From: Actinomycetota bacterium
GTDB lineage: Bacteria > Actinomycetota > UBA4738
DNA: 64,000 nt
Direction: 5' to 3'
Assembly: GCA_040414485.1 (NCBI GenBank)
Contig: JBEDUK010000013.1
Span: 10,570-74,569, forward strand
Part shown: one piece after another, positions 27,556 to 36,235 of the stretch
How the letters are laid out: every line of letters starts with the position of its first letter
Position numbering within the stretch: the stretch's first letter is position 1
Position numbers and translations under genes: made by a program
Notes under the pieces: generated by a model
What the model was told of the DNA's origin: nothing
The model's input: only the letters and a program-made list of their open reading frames with translations
Databases searched by the model: none

Positions 27556-28089
27556 ATGTTCGTCCGATACTTCGCCGTGCTGCAGATGTCCTCCGTCGAG
27601 GTCGACGAGGTGCTGCTCCGCAACGCCTTCGAATGGATCCCGGGGCTCGCCATGGACGCCGGGGATCACGGGATCCGCCTGTGGGCGGACGTCGGCATCG
27701 GGTCCGAGGGCCACCGTGTTACGAAGACCGTGGAGATCGAGGTGGGCGACGCGACGCGGCTCGGTGAGAAGACCATCCTGCCGCTCGTATGGCGTGCCGC
27801 GGGCGCCGAGGCGCTGTTCCCCGTCATGGAGGGCGATCTCGAGGTCGCCCCGCTCGGGCCGAACCGGACGCAACTGGCGATGAGCGCACGCTACCGCCCG
27901 CCGCTGGGACCCGTGGGGCGCGCGATCGACCGGGCCTTGATGCATCGCGTCGCCGAGGCGACCATCAAGGACTTCGTCGATCGGGTCGCGTCGGCGATCG
28001 AACGCCGCGGCGCGTCGCCCGCCGGTCACGCGGCGATTGCGCCGGCCGCTCCCATCGTGATGGGGACCCCGTCGGCCGGCGTGGTCTAA
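27556..28089 (+). CDS. hypothetical protein (possibly SRPBCC-fold)
   Basis: high GC3 ORF divergent from DosS-like gene; no confident family. Confidence 0.35.
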   Translation: MFVRYFAVLQMSSVEVDEVLLRNAFEWIPGLAMDAGDHGIRLWADVGIGSEGHRVTKTVEIEVGDATRLGEKTILPLVWRAAGAEALFPVMEGDLEVAPLGPNRTQLAMSARYRPPLGPVGRAIDRALMHRVAEATIKDFVDRVASAIERRGASPAGHAAIAPAAPIVMGTPSAGVV

Positions 28090-28119
28090 GACGACACGTC
28101 CGTCCGCGAAGCCCGTTCG

Positions 28120-28536
28120 TCAGGCGATGAGCGCGGATCGGACCGCGCGCAACAGTGCCTCCCGCCCGACCGGCCGCTCGATCACCGACACGTGGTCGCC
28201 GCCGGTCGGAACGAACGGTTCGTCGCCGCTTGCGACCACCACAGTCGGCTTGCCGAGCCCGAAATACAGAAGCAGCAGTTCCCACGCGCGGGTGCCCTCG
28301 CCGGCCACGTCGCCGGCGAGTGTCAGGTCGAGCACGATCGCGTCCGCGTCGGACGCAAGAGGGCACGTGCCCGTTCGGCTGCCCACGCAGTTGTAGTCGG
28401 GCGCGCTCGGGCCGGGACACACCGTCACGTCGAACCCGGCGTCCTCGAGCCAGCCGGCCTCCCAGTCGCGGGCGCGCGCATTCGCTTCGACGACCAGGAC
28501 GCGCCCCCGGCGCCCGGCGGTCCCGCTTGCACGCAT
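28120..28536 (-). CDS. stand-alone receiver (REC) domain protein
   Basis: RVLVVEANARARDWEAGWLEDAGFDV...DAIVLDLTL phospho-acceptor Asp; no output domain. Confidence 0.55.
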   Translation of the reverse strand: MRASGTAGRRGRVLVVEANARARDWEAGWLEDAGFDVTVCPGPSAPDYNCVGSRTGTCPLASDADAIVLDLTLAGDVAGEGTRAWELLLLYFGLGKPTVVVASGDEPFVPTGGDHVSVIERPVGREALLRAVRSALIA

Positions 28537-28616
28537 GCGGCCGACCTCCTCTGTCCCCGCCAGCATGGGTGCCGGGGACCACGCGGCGCCGGGCCGAAGG
28601 TCCCGCTCCCGGGACG

Positions 28617-31496
28617 TCAGATGGACCGGCGCGCGAGCAGCGGCCGGGCGGCCGGCGCCGGCTCGGCGCGGATGCGCGCGTCGACGACGAGGGCGCCTTC
28701 GGGAAGCGCGATGACCGGATTGAGGTCGAGTTCGGCGATCTCCGCGTGTGCCTCGACCATGGCCCCCACGCGAAGGATCACGTCCTCGAGCGCCGCGACG
28801 TCGGCCTTCGGCGCACCACGGAAGCCGTCAAGTAGCGGAAACGTCGCGAGCGAGCGCAGCATCTCCCGGGCCTCCAGGTCGGTGAGCGGCGTCAGGCCGA
28901 CGCGGACGTCCTTGATCAGTTCGGCGGCGGTCCCTCCCGCGCCGACGGCGACGACCGGACCGAACAGCGGGTCGTGCACCACCCCCACCAGCATCTCGAC
29001 GCCGCCGTCGACCATCCGCTGGACGATGAACCCGTCCGCCTGGTGGCCGGCGTCCGTGAGGGCCTTCCGGAGCGCCCTCGCCTCCCGTTCGACCTGTGCG
29101 CGGCCGCTCAGGCCCAATCTGATCGCGCCGATGTCGGTCTTGTGCAGCACACCGGGGCCGAGTGCCTTCAGGGCGACCGTGCCGCCCAGGCGATCCGCTG
29201 CCGCGCCGGCCGCCCGGGCGGAACGCGCGACCTCGGACGGTGGAACCGCGAGCCCGTAGCAGGCGAGCAGGCGTTCGACCTCCTCCACGGTGAGCCACCC
29301 GCCTCCGCGGAGCAGCGCGCTGGCGATCGTGGCCGCCGCGCCGTCCGCATCGACCCGGGCCAGGTCGGGCATGGCGCCGACAGGCGCGCGCCGCCAGGCG
29401 CCGTACCCCACGGTATGGGCGAGCGCGCGGGCCGCTTCCTCTGGGAAGCCGAACGACGGAACGGTGCGCAAGCCGTTCGTTTCGGCAGACGCTCCGTCGT
29501 CCTGCGTGCGTTCGCCTCGAAGGATCGCCTCGGGAAGGCCGTCGGAGGACATGAACACGGCCAGGATCGGCATTTCGTGCCGGCGGCCTGCACTGTCACG
29601 CACCGCCTCGGCCACCGCGGTCGCCTCCGCGGCGAACGGAGGCAGGGAGATGACGATCAGCGCGTCGACCTCTCCGGCGGCCGCCAGCATGTCGATCGCC
29701 TCCGTGTACGCGGACGGGCCGGCCGAGGCGATCAGGTCGACCGGGTTGAGCACGCTCGCCGCGTGCGGGATCCGTTCGCGGAGGCGGCGCTGTGTGCCGT
29801 CGGAGAGGGCGGGCACCGTCAGGCCCAGAGCCTCGCACGCGTCGGCGCAGACGATGCCGGCGCCGCCGCCGTTGGTGACGATGCCGACGCGAGCGCCGCC
29901 CGGCACCGGCTGGCTCGCCAGGACCGATGCCACGTCGAACAACTCCGACAGCGTGTCGGTCCGGATCACGCCTGCCTGGCGGAACAGCGCATCCACGGTG
30001 AGGTCCGACGCGGCGATCAGCGCGCCGGTGTGCGAGCCCGTGGCGCGGACTCCGGCCGCGAAACGTCCGGATTTCACGGCAACGATCGGCTTGCTGCGCG
30101 AGACGCGTCGCGCGATCCTGCCGAAATTCCGGGGATTTCCGAAGGACTCGAGATACAGGAGGATCACCGCCGTATCGTCGTCCTGCTCCCAGAACTGGAT
30201 CACGTCGTTTCCGGAGATGTCGGCCTTGTTCCCGACCGAGACGAAGGACGACATGGCGAGGGGCGGCGCCGTCGCGCGGGTGACCGCGGCGACGCCGAGG
30301 CCGCCGCTCTGCGAGAGGAACCCGATGCGGCCGCGCGGCGGGTATCCGGGTGAGAACGTGGCGTTCATCCGGACCGCGGGGTCGGTGTTCATGATGCCCA
30401 TGCAGTTCGGCCCGATCAGGCGCATGCCGTATTCACGGCAGATCGACAGCAGCTCGCGCTGGCGAGCCCGGCCCTCGGCGCCGGTTTCGGCGAACCCGGC
30501 CGAGATCCCGACGAGCGCGCGGACGCCCGCCTCGCCGCAGGCCCGCGCGACGTCGGCGACCTGGTCGGCGGGAACGGCCACCAGGGCGAGGTCGACCGGG
30601 CCCGGGATGTCCCCGACCGAGGCGAACGCCGGGACCGACTGCACCACGGGAGCCGACGGGTTCACCGGGTAGACCGGTCCCTGGAAGCCCGTGGCGAGCA
30701 GGTTGTGGAACAACTCGCCCCCCACCGTTCCGCGCCGGCGCGACGCGCCGATCACGGCAACGGATGACGGCCGCAGGAAGGTCGTGAGGGCGGCCACCGC
30801 GGCGATGCGGTCGCGGTCCATGAAGCGCTCCAGGCCGTCCGGGGCGAGCGAGGTGGGGACCTCGATCTCCATGTATCCGGGCATCGAGCGGGTACGAAGC
30901 GGGAACCCGCTCGCCCGGATGACGCCGATCATGCGCCGGTTGTCCGGGAGGACCTGGTTGACGAAGACCTGGTAGCCGGCCTCGTGGGCGGCCTCGGCGA
31001 GGTGCGCGAGCAGGATCGTGCCGAGCCCCCGGCCCTGGTAGTCGTCGGCAACGGCGAAGGCCGACTCGGCAGCCACCACGGAAGGCGCGCTCCCCGTCGT
31101 ACCTGCCTCCGCCACCGCGATCTCCGACCCGTGATCGTGCGGCCGGTCCAGCCGCACATAGATCGCGTGGCCCACGATCCGGTGGTCGTGCCCCACGGTG
31201 GCGACGAGCGCGTACCGGTCGAGGTAGTCGACCTCCACCGACTGCTTCGCGGCCCGGTCCAGGTTCGCCCCGGCCGAGAAGAAGCGGAACGCCCGGGATT
31301 CGATGGACAGGTGCGCGTAGAACGCCCGCATCGCGGCCTCGTCGTCGGCTCGCACCGGCCTGATGTGGACCGTCGAGCCGTCTCGCAGGGCGACGTCCGC
31401 CTCGCGGTCGGCCGGATACGGGTGGCGCTCAGCCGTGGCGGCGCCGAGTGCCTTCAGCGTCGGCGTCGCTCGGTCCGGGGCGCTGGGGGTGGTCAC
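28617..31496 (-). CDS. GNAT acetyltransferase fused to ADP-forming acetyl-CoA synthetase (CoA-binding + ligase-CoA + ATP-grasp domains)
   Basis: N-terminal GNAT (QGRGLGTILLAHL), then SVAVIGASRR...GPNCMGI...ATP-grasp; start uncertain (GTG ~31496). Confidence 0.75.
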   Translation of the reverse strand: MTTPSAPDRATPTLKALGAATAERHPYPADREADVALRDGSTVHIRPVRADDEAAMRAFYAHLSIESRAFRFFSAGANLDRAAKQSVEVDYLDRYALVATVGHDHRIVGHAIYVRLDRPHDHGSEIAVAEAGTTGSAPSVVAAESAFAVADDYQGRGLGTILLAHLAEAAHEAGYQVFVNQVLPDNRRMIGVIRASGFPLRTRSMPGYMEIEVPTSLAPDGLERFMDRDRIAAVAALTTFLRPSSVAVIGASRRRGTVGGELFHNLLATGFQGPVYPVNPSAPVVQSVPAFASVGDIPGPVDLALVAVPADQVADVARACGEAGVRALVGISAGFAETGAEGRARQRELLSICREYGMRLIGPNCMGIMNTDPAVRMNATFSPGYPPRGRIGFLSQSGGLGVAAVTRATAPPLAMSSFVSVGNKADISGNDVIQFWEQDDDTAVILLYLESFGNPRNFGRIARRVSRSKPIVAVKSGRFAAGVRATGSHTGALIAASDLTVDALFRQAGVIRTDTLSELFDVASVLASQPVPGGARVGIVTNGGGAGIVCADACEALGLTVPALSDGTQRRLRERIPHAASVLNPVDLIASAGPSAYTEAIDMLAAAGEVDALIVISLPPFAAEATAVAEAVRDSAGRRHEMPILAVFMSSDGLPEAILRGERTQDDGASAETNGLRTVPSFGFPEEAARALAHTVGYGAWRRAPVGAMPDLARVDADGAAATIASALLRGGGWLTVEEVERLLACYGLAVPPSEVARSARAAGAAADRLGGTVALKALGPGVLHKTDIGAIRLGLSGRAQVEREARALRKALTDAGHQADGFIVQRMVDGGVEMLVGVVHDPLFGPVVAVGAGGTAAELIKDVRVGLTPLTDLEAREMLRSLATFPLLDGFRGAPKADVAALEDVILRVGAMVEAHAEIAELDLNPVIALPEGALVVDARIRAEPAPAARPLLARRSI

Positions 31497-31530
31497 CGAC
31501 CGCAGCGTAGCGCCGGTGACCGGCGGACGC

Positions 31531-32214
31531 TCAGCGGGTCGCGGCGGGTTCGGGCTCGCGCGCTTCCCGAACGTGCGGAGGGCTCGGGCGCAGGGGGACG
31601 GAGACGGACGCCGCCGCGGCCGCCCCTTCAACCTGTCGGCCGGCCCGCGCCCGGACCGCCGCGGGGGCGTTGGCGGGCACCGCCTTCCGCTGTGGACGCA
31701 GACCCGCGGTGAGCCCGCGCACCAGGACCAGGAACACCACGATCGCGGCCGTGGACACGTAGATCCACCACATCCACGGCCGGGCGGTGTCGGTTCCCGC
31801 GAACACCCCGTGGACCATGGCCAGCGAGAACATCGGCACGGCCAGGAGGTGCAGGCGCCGCCACCACGCCGGACCGACGCGCTTGCGGAGCCACGACGAA
31901 CAAAGGACCACCACGGTCAGGTACATCGCCAGGATCCCGGCCGCGACCGCGGGCGCCTTGAAGCTCGTGTGGAACGGCACCAGGACGTCGACCAGCGTGA
32001 ACGGCACGAATCGGTCGAGCAGGAGCCCGCCGAGGTGGAAGGTGAGGAGCGCCAACGCGGCCGTGGAGAGGAACTGGTGCACGGCCGTGGCCGTCGCCCG
32101 CGGCAGTCGCTTCCCGCCGATGGTCGTCGTGCCGGCCAGACCCCACGCCACGGTGCCGAACAGCATCACATACGCGCCGATGCCCGCGGCTCGGAGCACG
32201 ATCCACGTCAACAC
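31531..32214 (-). CDS. ferric-reductase-like (MsrQ/YedZ-like) transmembrane haem-binding protein
   Basis: 6 predicted TM helices with conserved His pairs (VHQFL...FHLGG; HLLAVPMF...VHGVF); GTG 32214 after GGGAGG SD, 4 nt after ApbE stop. Confidence 0.55.
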   Translation of the reverse strand: MLTWIVLRAAGIGAYVMLFGTVAWGLAGTTTIGGKRLPRATATAVHQFLSTAALALLTFHLGGLLLDRFVPFTLVDVLVPFHTSFKAPAVAAGILAMYLTVVVLCSSWLRKRVGPAWWRRLHLLAVPMFSLAMVHGVFAGTDTARPWMWWIYVSTAAIVVFLVLVRGLTAGLRPQRKAVPANAPAAVRARAGRQVEGAAAAASVSVPLRPSPPHVREAREPEPAATR

Positions 32215-33191
32215 GCCGCTCCGACCTCCCGTTCGGCGCCGGCGTCGTGCATGTTCACCAGGACGCGGCCGTCCTCCAGGAAGAGCACCACGGGAAACCG
32301 GTCGAGGATCTCCTCGGCCGCCAGGAGCGCCCATTTCGATCGGATCTCCGCCTCCGCGCCCGTGGATGCCCACGCCGTGGCCTGCACGACGCGGGTCGCC
32401 GATGACGTGCCGGTGCGCGGATCGATGATGTGGTGACGACGCTCCGCGCCGCGCGACCACGAGCGGAAGAGGGTCGAGGACGTGGCCAGGGCCCCCCCGT
32501 GGAGGTCGAGGTGCAATGCCACGCCGGACCCGTCGGGGTCGTCGACCGCGACGCGGAGCGCGCCACCGTTCGGGCGCCCCCGAAGCCGGAGGTCGCCCCC
32601 CGCGTCGATCAGGGACCAGGGAAGACTGCTGGTCCGCTGCGACGCGAGATCCGCCGCCCACCCCTTCGCGATCCCACCGAGATCGAGGGCAGTGTCCGGG
32701 GGGAGGAGGACTTGCCACGGATCCGCTACCAGGCGAACGTCCGCCCACCGTCCCACCGGCCCTGGAGGAGGCGCGTCGTCGCCGCCGGCGCGGGTGCCGG
32801 TCACGCGTCGGGGATCACCCGTGCCGGCACGCACCTCCTCGAAGTCGCGGTCGTACCCGGCCGCGACCAGGGCCGGAAGGATGGTGGGATCGAACAGCCC
32901 GTTGCTCGCGCGCGCTCCGGCGAGCGCCAGGGCGAGCACCGCGGCGAACGGATCCGAAATGCGGGTCCACCGTCCCGCTCGTGCGTTGACCTTCGAGAGT
33001 TCGCTGTCGGGCCGGAACCGGGACAGGCGGGCCTCGAGCTCGTCGAACCTCGACCGCACTCGGGCGGCTGCCGTGCGTGCGGCGGCCTCACAGCCGGCCG
33101 GCGCGACGAGGGAGATCTCGGTGCCCATGGCGCGAAACGAATGCCGCGTCTCGGTCGGGGGAACCCTGGTGCGGGCAGGTGCGGTCAGCAT
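32208..33191 (-). CDS. apbE: FAD:protein FMN transferase ApbE (paralog 2)
   Basis: RAMGTEISLV...RFDELEARLSRFRPDSELSKVNARAG...LDLGGIAKGWAAD; trimmed from ORF 32208..33572; start coupled to upstream small gene stop. Confidence 0.8.
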   Translation of the reverse strand: MLTAPARTRVPPTETRHSFRAMGTEISLVAPAGCEAAARTAAARVRSRFDELEARLSRFRPDSELSKVNARAGRWTRISDPFAAVLALALAGARASNGLFDPTILPALVAAGYDRDFEEVRAGTGDPRRVTGTRAGGDDAPPPGPVGRWADVRLVADPWQVLLPPDTALDLGGIAKGWAADLASQRTSSLPWSLIDAGGDLRLRGRPNGGALRVAVDDPDGSGVALHLDLHGGALATSSTLFRSWSRGAERRHHIIDPRTGTSSATRVVQATAWASTGAEAEIRSKWALLAAEEILDRFPVVLFLEDGRVLVNMHDAGAEREVGAAC

Positions 33192-33505
33192 GTCGAGCAC
33201 TTCGTCCGCACGCCGCCCCCGCCTCCGCTCGAGCCGCTGGAGCCGCCCGTGTAGACGTATCGAACCTGGGGCGGGCCGCTTTGTGCCGGCGCATTCGGCG
33301 GATCGACGATCACGATCCGTCGGGTGATCTTGCGGATCTCGGTCGGCGCCTGCTGCTGGCTCTGCGTTCCGGCGGATGCCGGCGGACGCGGGACCGCGTT
33401 CAGCACGACCCACGGCGTGGCGAAGGAGACCGCACCGGCAGCGTAGGCCCAGACACGGATCGTCCGCTTCGACCTGCGCGGCCGGCGAGATGAGGCGGCG
33501 GTCAT
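33185..33505 (-). CDS. small single-TM protein with TEIRKIT motif and Gly/Ser-rich C-terminus ending CSTC; paralog of 34460..34783
   Basis: ATGA overlap with ApbE1 stop, stop abuts ApbE2 start; high GC3; shares TEIRxIT...V.Y..GGSSGSS core with 34460..34783 product. Confidence 0.5.
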   Translation of the reverse strand: MTAASSRRPRRSKRTIRVWAYAAGAVSFATPWVVLNAVPRPPASAGTQSQQQAPTEIRKITRRIVIVDPPNAPAQSGPPQVRYVYTGGSSGSSGGGGGVRTKCSTC

Positions 33506-34473
33506 GGGTCGGTCCGCCCGTGCTCGGCTCGCTCGTCGCCGTCAAGGTTCGTGACGACCGCGCCGTCGTCACGAACCAGGACGACGGGGAGTCGTTCCAG
33601 CGCCCGGTCCGGCGCCAGGAGCGCCCATTTCGAGCCGACCTCGGCCTTCGCGCAGGTCGGACCCCAGACCGTGGCCTGGACCACGCCGGTCCGCGCCGGC
33701 AGGCCGGTGCGCGGGTCGATCAGATGGTGGCGGTCCGGGCCCCAGGCGCGCGCGGTCACGGCCGAGGTCGCGATCGCGCCGCGGCCGACCCGCAGACGGA
33801 GGATCTCGGTCCCGGGGTCGTGAGGATCCTCCACGCCGATGTCCACCGCGCCGCCGGGTGGCCTCCCGACCACGCGAAGGTCTCCGCCGGCATCGACCAT
33901 CGCCCATGGGAGCAATCCGCGCACGCGGCGAGCGGCGCGGTCGACGGTCCAGCCCTTGGCGATCCCGCCGAAGTCGAGCGCGACCCCGCCCGGGACCAGC
34001 ACGCGGTCGTCCCGGAGGCGGATCTCGCGCCAGCGGCCGCATGGTTCGGGTGGATGCAGCGCCAATCGTCCCCCGGCGATCACGTCGTCGAAGTCGCGGT
34101 CGTACCCGATCGCGAGCAGGGCCGGCAGCACCGTCGGGTCGAACAGCCCGCCCGTCCGTCGCGCCGCGTCGAGCGCCGCGCGCAGCACCGCATGGAACGG
34201 CTTCGACACGCGGGTCCACCGGCCGGCCGTCGCGTTGACCCGCGACAGCTCGGTCGCCTCGCGGAACCGGCTGAAGCGGTCGTCCTCGCGGCTGAATGTG
34301 GCACGGATCACGCCGAATGCCTCGTCGACGGCGGCGGCCGCGGCCGCGTCCGCCGGCCCGATCAGCGTGACGAGCGTTCCCATGGAACGGAACGAACGCC
34401 GTGCCCAGCGGACCGGTTCGGACGCATCCGAGACCTCGTCGATCCGGCGGGGGAGGGCCTCAGTCGTCGTCAC
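33502..34473 (-). CDS. apbE: FAD:protein FMN transferase ApbE (paralog 1)
   Basis: RSMGTLVTLIGP...FDEAFGVIRATFSREDDRFSRF...LDFGGIAKGWTVD; ~55% identical to paralog 2. Confidence 0.8.
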   Translation of the reverse strand: MTTTEALPRRIDEVSDASEPVRWARRSFRSMGTLVTLIGPADAAAAAAVDEAFGVIRATFSREDDRFSRFREATELSRVNATAGRWTRVSKPFHAVLRAALDAARRTGGLFDPTVLPALLAIGYDRDFDDVIAGGRLALHPPEPCGRWREIRLRDDRVLVPGGVALDFGGIAKGWTVDRAARRVRGLLPWAMVDAGGDLRVVGRPPGGAVDIGVEDPHDPGTEILRLRVGRGAIATSAVTARAWGPDRHHLIDPRTGLPARTGVVQATVWGPTCAKAEVGSKWALLAPDRALERLPVVLVRDDGAVVTNLDGDERAEHGRTDP

Positions 34474-34783
34474 CGCCCTGCCCCTCTTCGCCGTCGTCGC
34501 CGTGGTGATGCGAGCCGCCCGTGTGGTGGTAGGCCGAGGATCCGGAGGACGAGCCGCCGGAGGATCGGTGCACCGTGATCGTCACGGGCGAGGGCTTCGT
34601 CTTCGGCGTTTTCGCCTTCTTGTGGATCGTGATCGTGCGGATCTCCGTCCGAACGATCGGCTTCGCGGGTGCGGCGCGGTCCGCCGAGGCGGCCTGTTCG
34701 AGGGTCGCCGTGTACCCCACCACGCCGGACACCAGGGCGCCCGTCACGCCGCCGGCCAGTGCGATCGCCGTTCGCTTGTTCAA
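34460..34783 (-). CDS. small single-TM protein, TEIRTIT motif, Gly/Ser-rich then His-rich acidic tail (HHTGGSHHHGDDGEEGQGGDDD)
   Basis: overlaps ApbE1 start by 14 nt; paralog of 33185..33505. Confidence 0.5.
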   Translation of the reverse strand: MNKRTAIALAGGVTGALVSGVVGYTATLEQAASADRAAPAKPIVRTEIRTITIHKKAKTPKTKPSPVTITVHRSSGGSSSGSSAYHHTGGSHHHGDDGEEGQGGDDD

Positions 34784-34920
34784 CGTTCACCTCCGCGGTC
34801 CGACTTCGAGAGGTGAACGCTACGAACGGGCCGGTAAGCGGTCCTCCAGCGGCGGGTTCAGGGCAGGCAAACGTTGGCTCTGAACGGCCTGTGAAGCTGG
34901 CTCCGGTCCCTGGACGATGA

Positions 34921-34934
34921 GGGGCGTTCGGCCC
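34921..34934. promoter_or_regulatory. inverted repeat GGGGCGTTCGGCCC ~58 nt upstream of CBS-BON gene (and in divergent promoter of ApbE module operon)
   Basis: recurring motif family. Confidence 0.4.
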
Positions 34935-34992
34935 AGGCGCTGAGCGACCACGCGGTGCAGCATCGGCGCGGACGAGGGAATCGAGGCGAGCC

Positions 34993-35712
34993 ATGGCCCG
35001 ACTGGTGAAGGACCTCATGACCCGAACGGTGGTCACCGTCCCCGAGGAGGCGCCGTTCAGGCAGATAGTCAAGTTGCTTGACGAATATCGGATCAGCGCG
35101 CTCCCGGTGGTCGACGCCGGCGATCGTTTGGTCGGGATCGTCTCCGAGGCGGATCTGCTGCTGAAGGAGGAACGCGACGACCGGGACCTGGACGAGCCTC
35201 GGCGGTCACCACCGTTCGAGAGCAGGAGGCGCAGGATCGAACGCATGAAGGCCGGCGGAACGGTCGCGCGCGATCTCATGACCACGCCGGTGGTCACGAT
35301 CGGCCCCGATGCGTCGGCGGGCGACGCCGCCCGGTTGATGCACCGCCAGGGTGTGAAGCGACTTCCGGTGGTGTGGCGCGATGGTCAGGTGCTGGGCATC
35401 GTGAGCCGGCGCGATCTCCTACGGCTGTTCCTGCGCAGCGACGCGGACATCCGCGAGGAGATCCATCACGAGGTGATGGAACGGACGCTCTGGATCGACC
35501 GGTACGCCGTCGCCGTCCAGGTTCGCGATGGCGTCGTGACGCTTCGCGGCGAACTCGACCGACGCTCGCTGTGTTCGATGCTGGTCACGCTTGTCGGGCG
35601 CGTGGAGGGCGTGGTCGGCGTCAACGACCGGCTGACGTATCGGATCGACGACTCCGACGTGCGGCCGCGCGGGGTCCCGCTGGAGCTGATCGTCACGGGT
35701 ATCCGGACGTGA
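34993..35712 (+). CDS. tandem CBS domain + BON domain protein
   Basis: two CBS repeats (RISALPVVD...GIVSEADLL; KRLPVVWRDGQVLGIVSRRDLL) and C-terminal BON-like region. Confidence 0.75.
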   Translation: MARLVKDLMTRTVVTVPEEAPFRQIVKLLDEYRISALPVVDAGDRLVGIVSEADLLLKEERDDRDLDEPRRSPPFESRRRRIERMKAGGTVARDLMTTPVVTIGPDASAGDAARLMHRQGVKRLPVVWRDGQVLGIVSRRDLLRLFLRSDADIREEIHHEVMERTLWIDRYAVAVQVRDGVVTLRGELDRRSLCSMLVTLVGRVEGVVGVNDRLTYRIDDSDVRPRGVPLELIVTGIRT

Positions 35713-35765
35713 TCCAGCGGCGTACAGGTGCACGGCACGAGCCGGCCGTCGTGCCCGGCACGGGC

Positions 35766-35779
35766 GGGCCATTCGGCAC
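35766..35779. promoter_or_regulatory. inverted-repeat variant GGGCCATTCGGCAC ~73 nt upstream of CBS-pair gene
   Basis: recurring motif family. Confidence 0.35.
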
Positions 35780-35851
35780 AGCTGCGGCACCGCGGCCTCC
35801 GCTAGCGTGCCCGCACGGGTCACGACGCACGTGGTCCGCGAAGGAGCCACG

Positions 35852-36220
35852 ATGAAGGTCGACGCGATCTACCGGCCGGAACTCTTCACGGTCGGGGCCG
35901 ATGACTCGCTCGCCGAGGCGGCGAGTTCGATGCAGTACAACGAGGTGGGGGCCCTTCCGGTGTACGAGGGCGAGCGGTTCGTCGGGATCATCACCGAGCG
36001 CGATCTGGTGCGCGCGATCGCCGACGACATCGCCCCGCAGGAGACTGCGGTTCGCGATTACATGACGCCGGATCCGGCGTCCATCACGCCCGAAACCGAC
36101 GTCCGCAACGCGGCCGAGCGCATGCTCCAGATGGGCGTCAGGCACCTGCCGGTGGTGGTCGGCGACGAAGTCGTCGGCATGGTGTCGGTTCGGGACCTCC
36201 TGATCGATTCGTCCGGCTGA
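35852..36220 (+). CDS. CBS-pair protein (hypoxic response protein 1-like)
   Basis: ATG 35852 after AAGGAGCC SD; two CBS domains in 122 aa. Confidence 0.8.
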   Translation: MKVDAIYRPELFTVGADDSLAEAASSMQYNEVGALPVYEGERFVGIITERDLVRAIADDIAPQETAVRDYMTPDPASITPETDVRNAAERMLQMGVRHLPVVVGDEVVGMVSVRDLLIDSSG

Positions 36221-36235
36221 TCGGGACCGGGCAGA

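Noticed and set aside
25731-27653. 640-aa minus ORF overlapping the DosS-like gene, and 26345..27883(+)
   Set aside because: Alternative frames of the kinase gene with R/G-rich translations and no motifs.
28192-31712. ORFs 28192..29259(+), 28974..30353(+), 29290..30672(+), 30984..31712(+)
   Set aside because: Antisense shadows of the GNAT-ACD gene.
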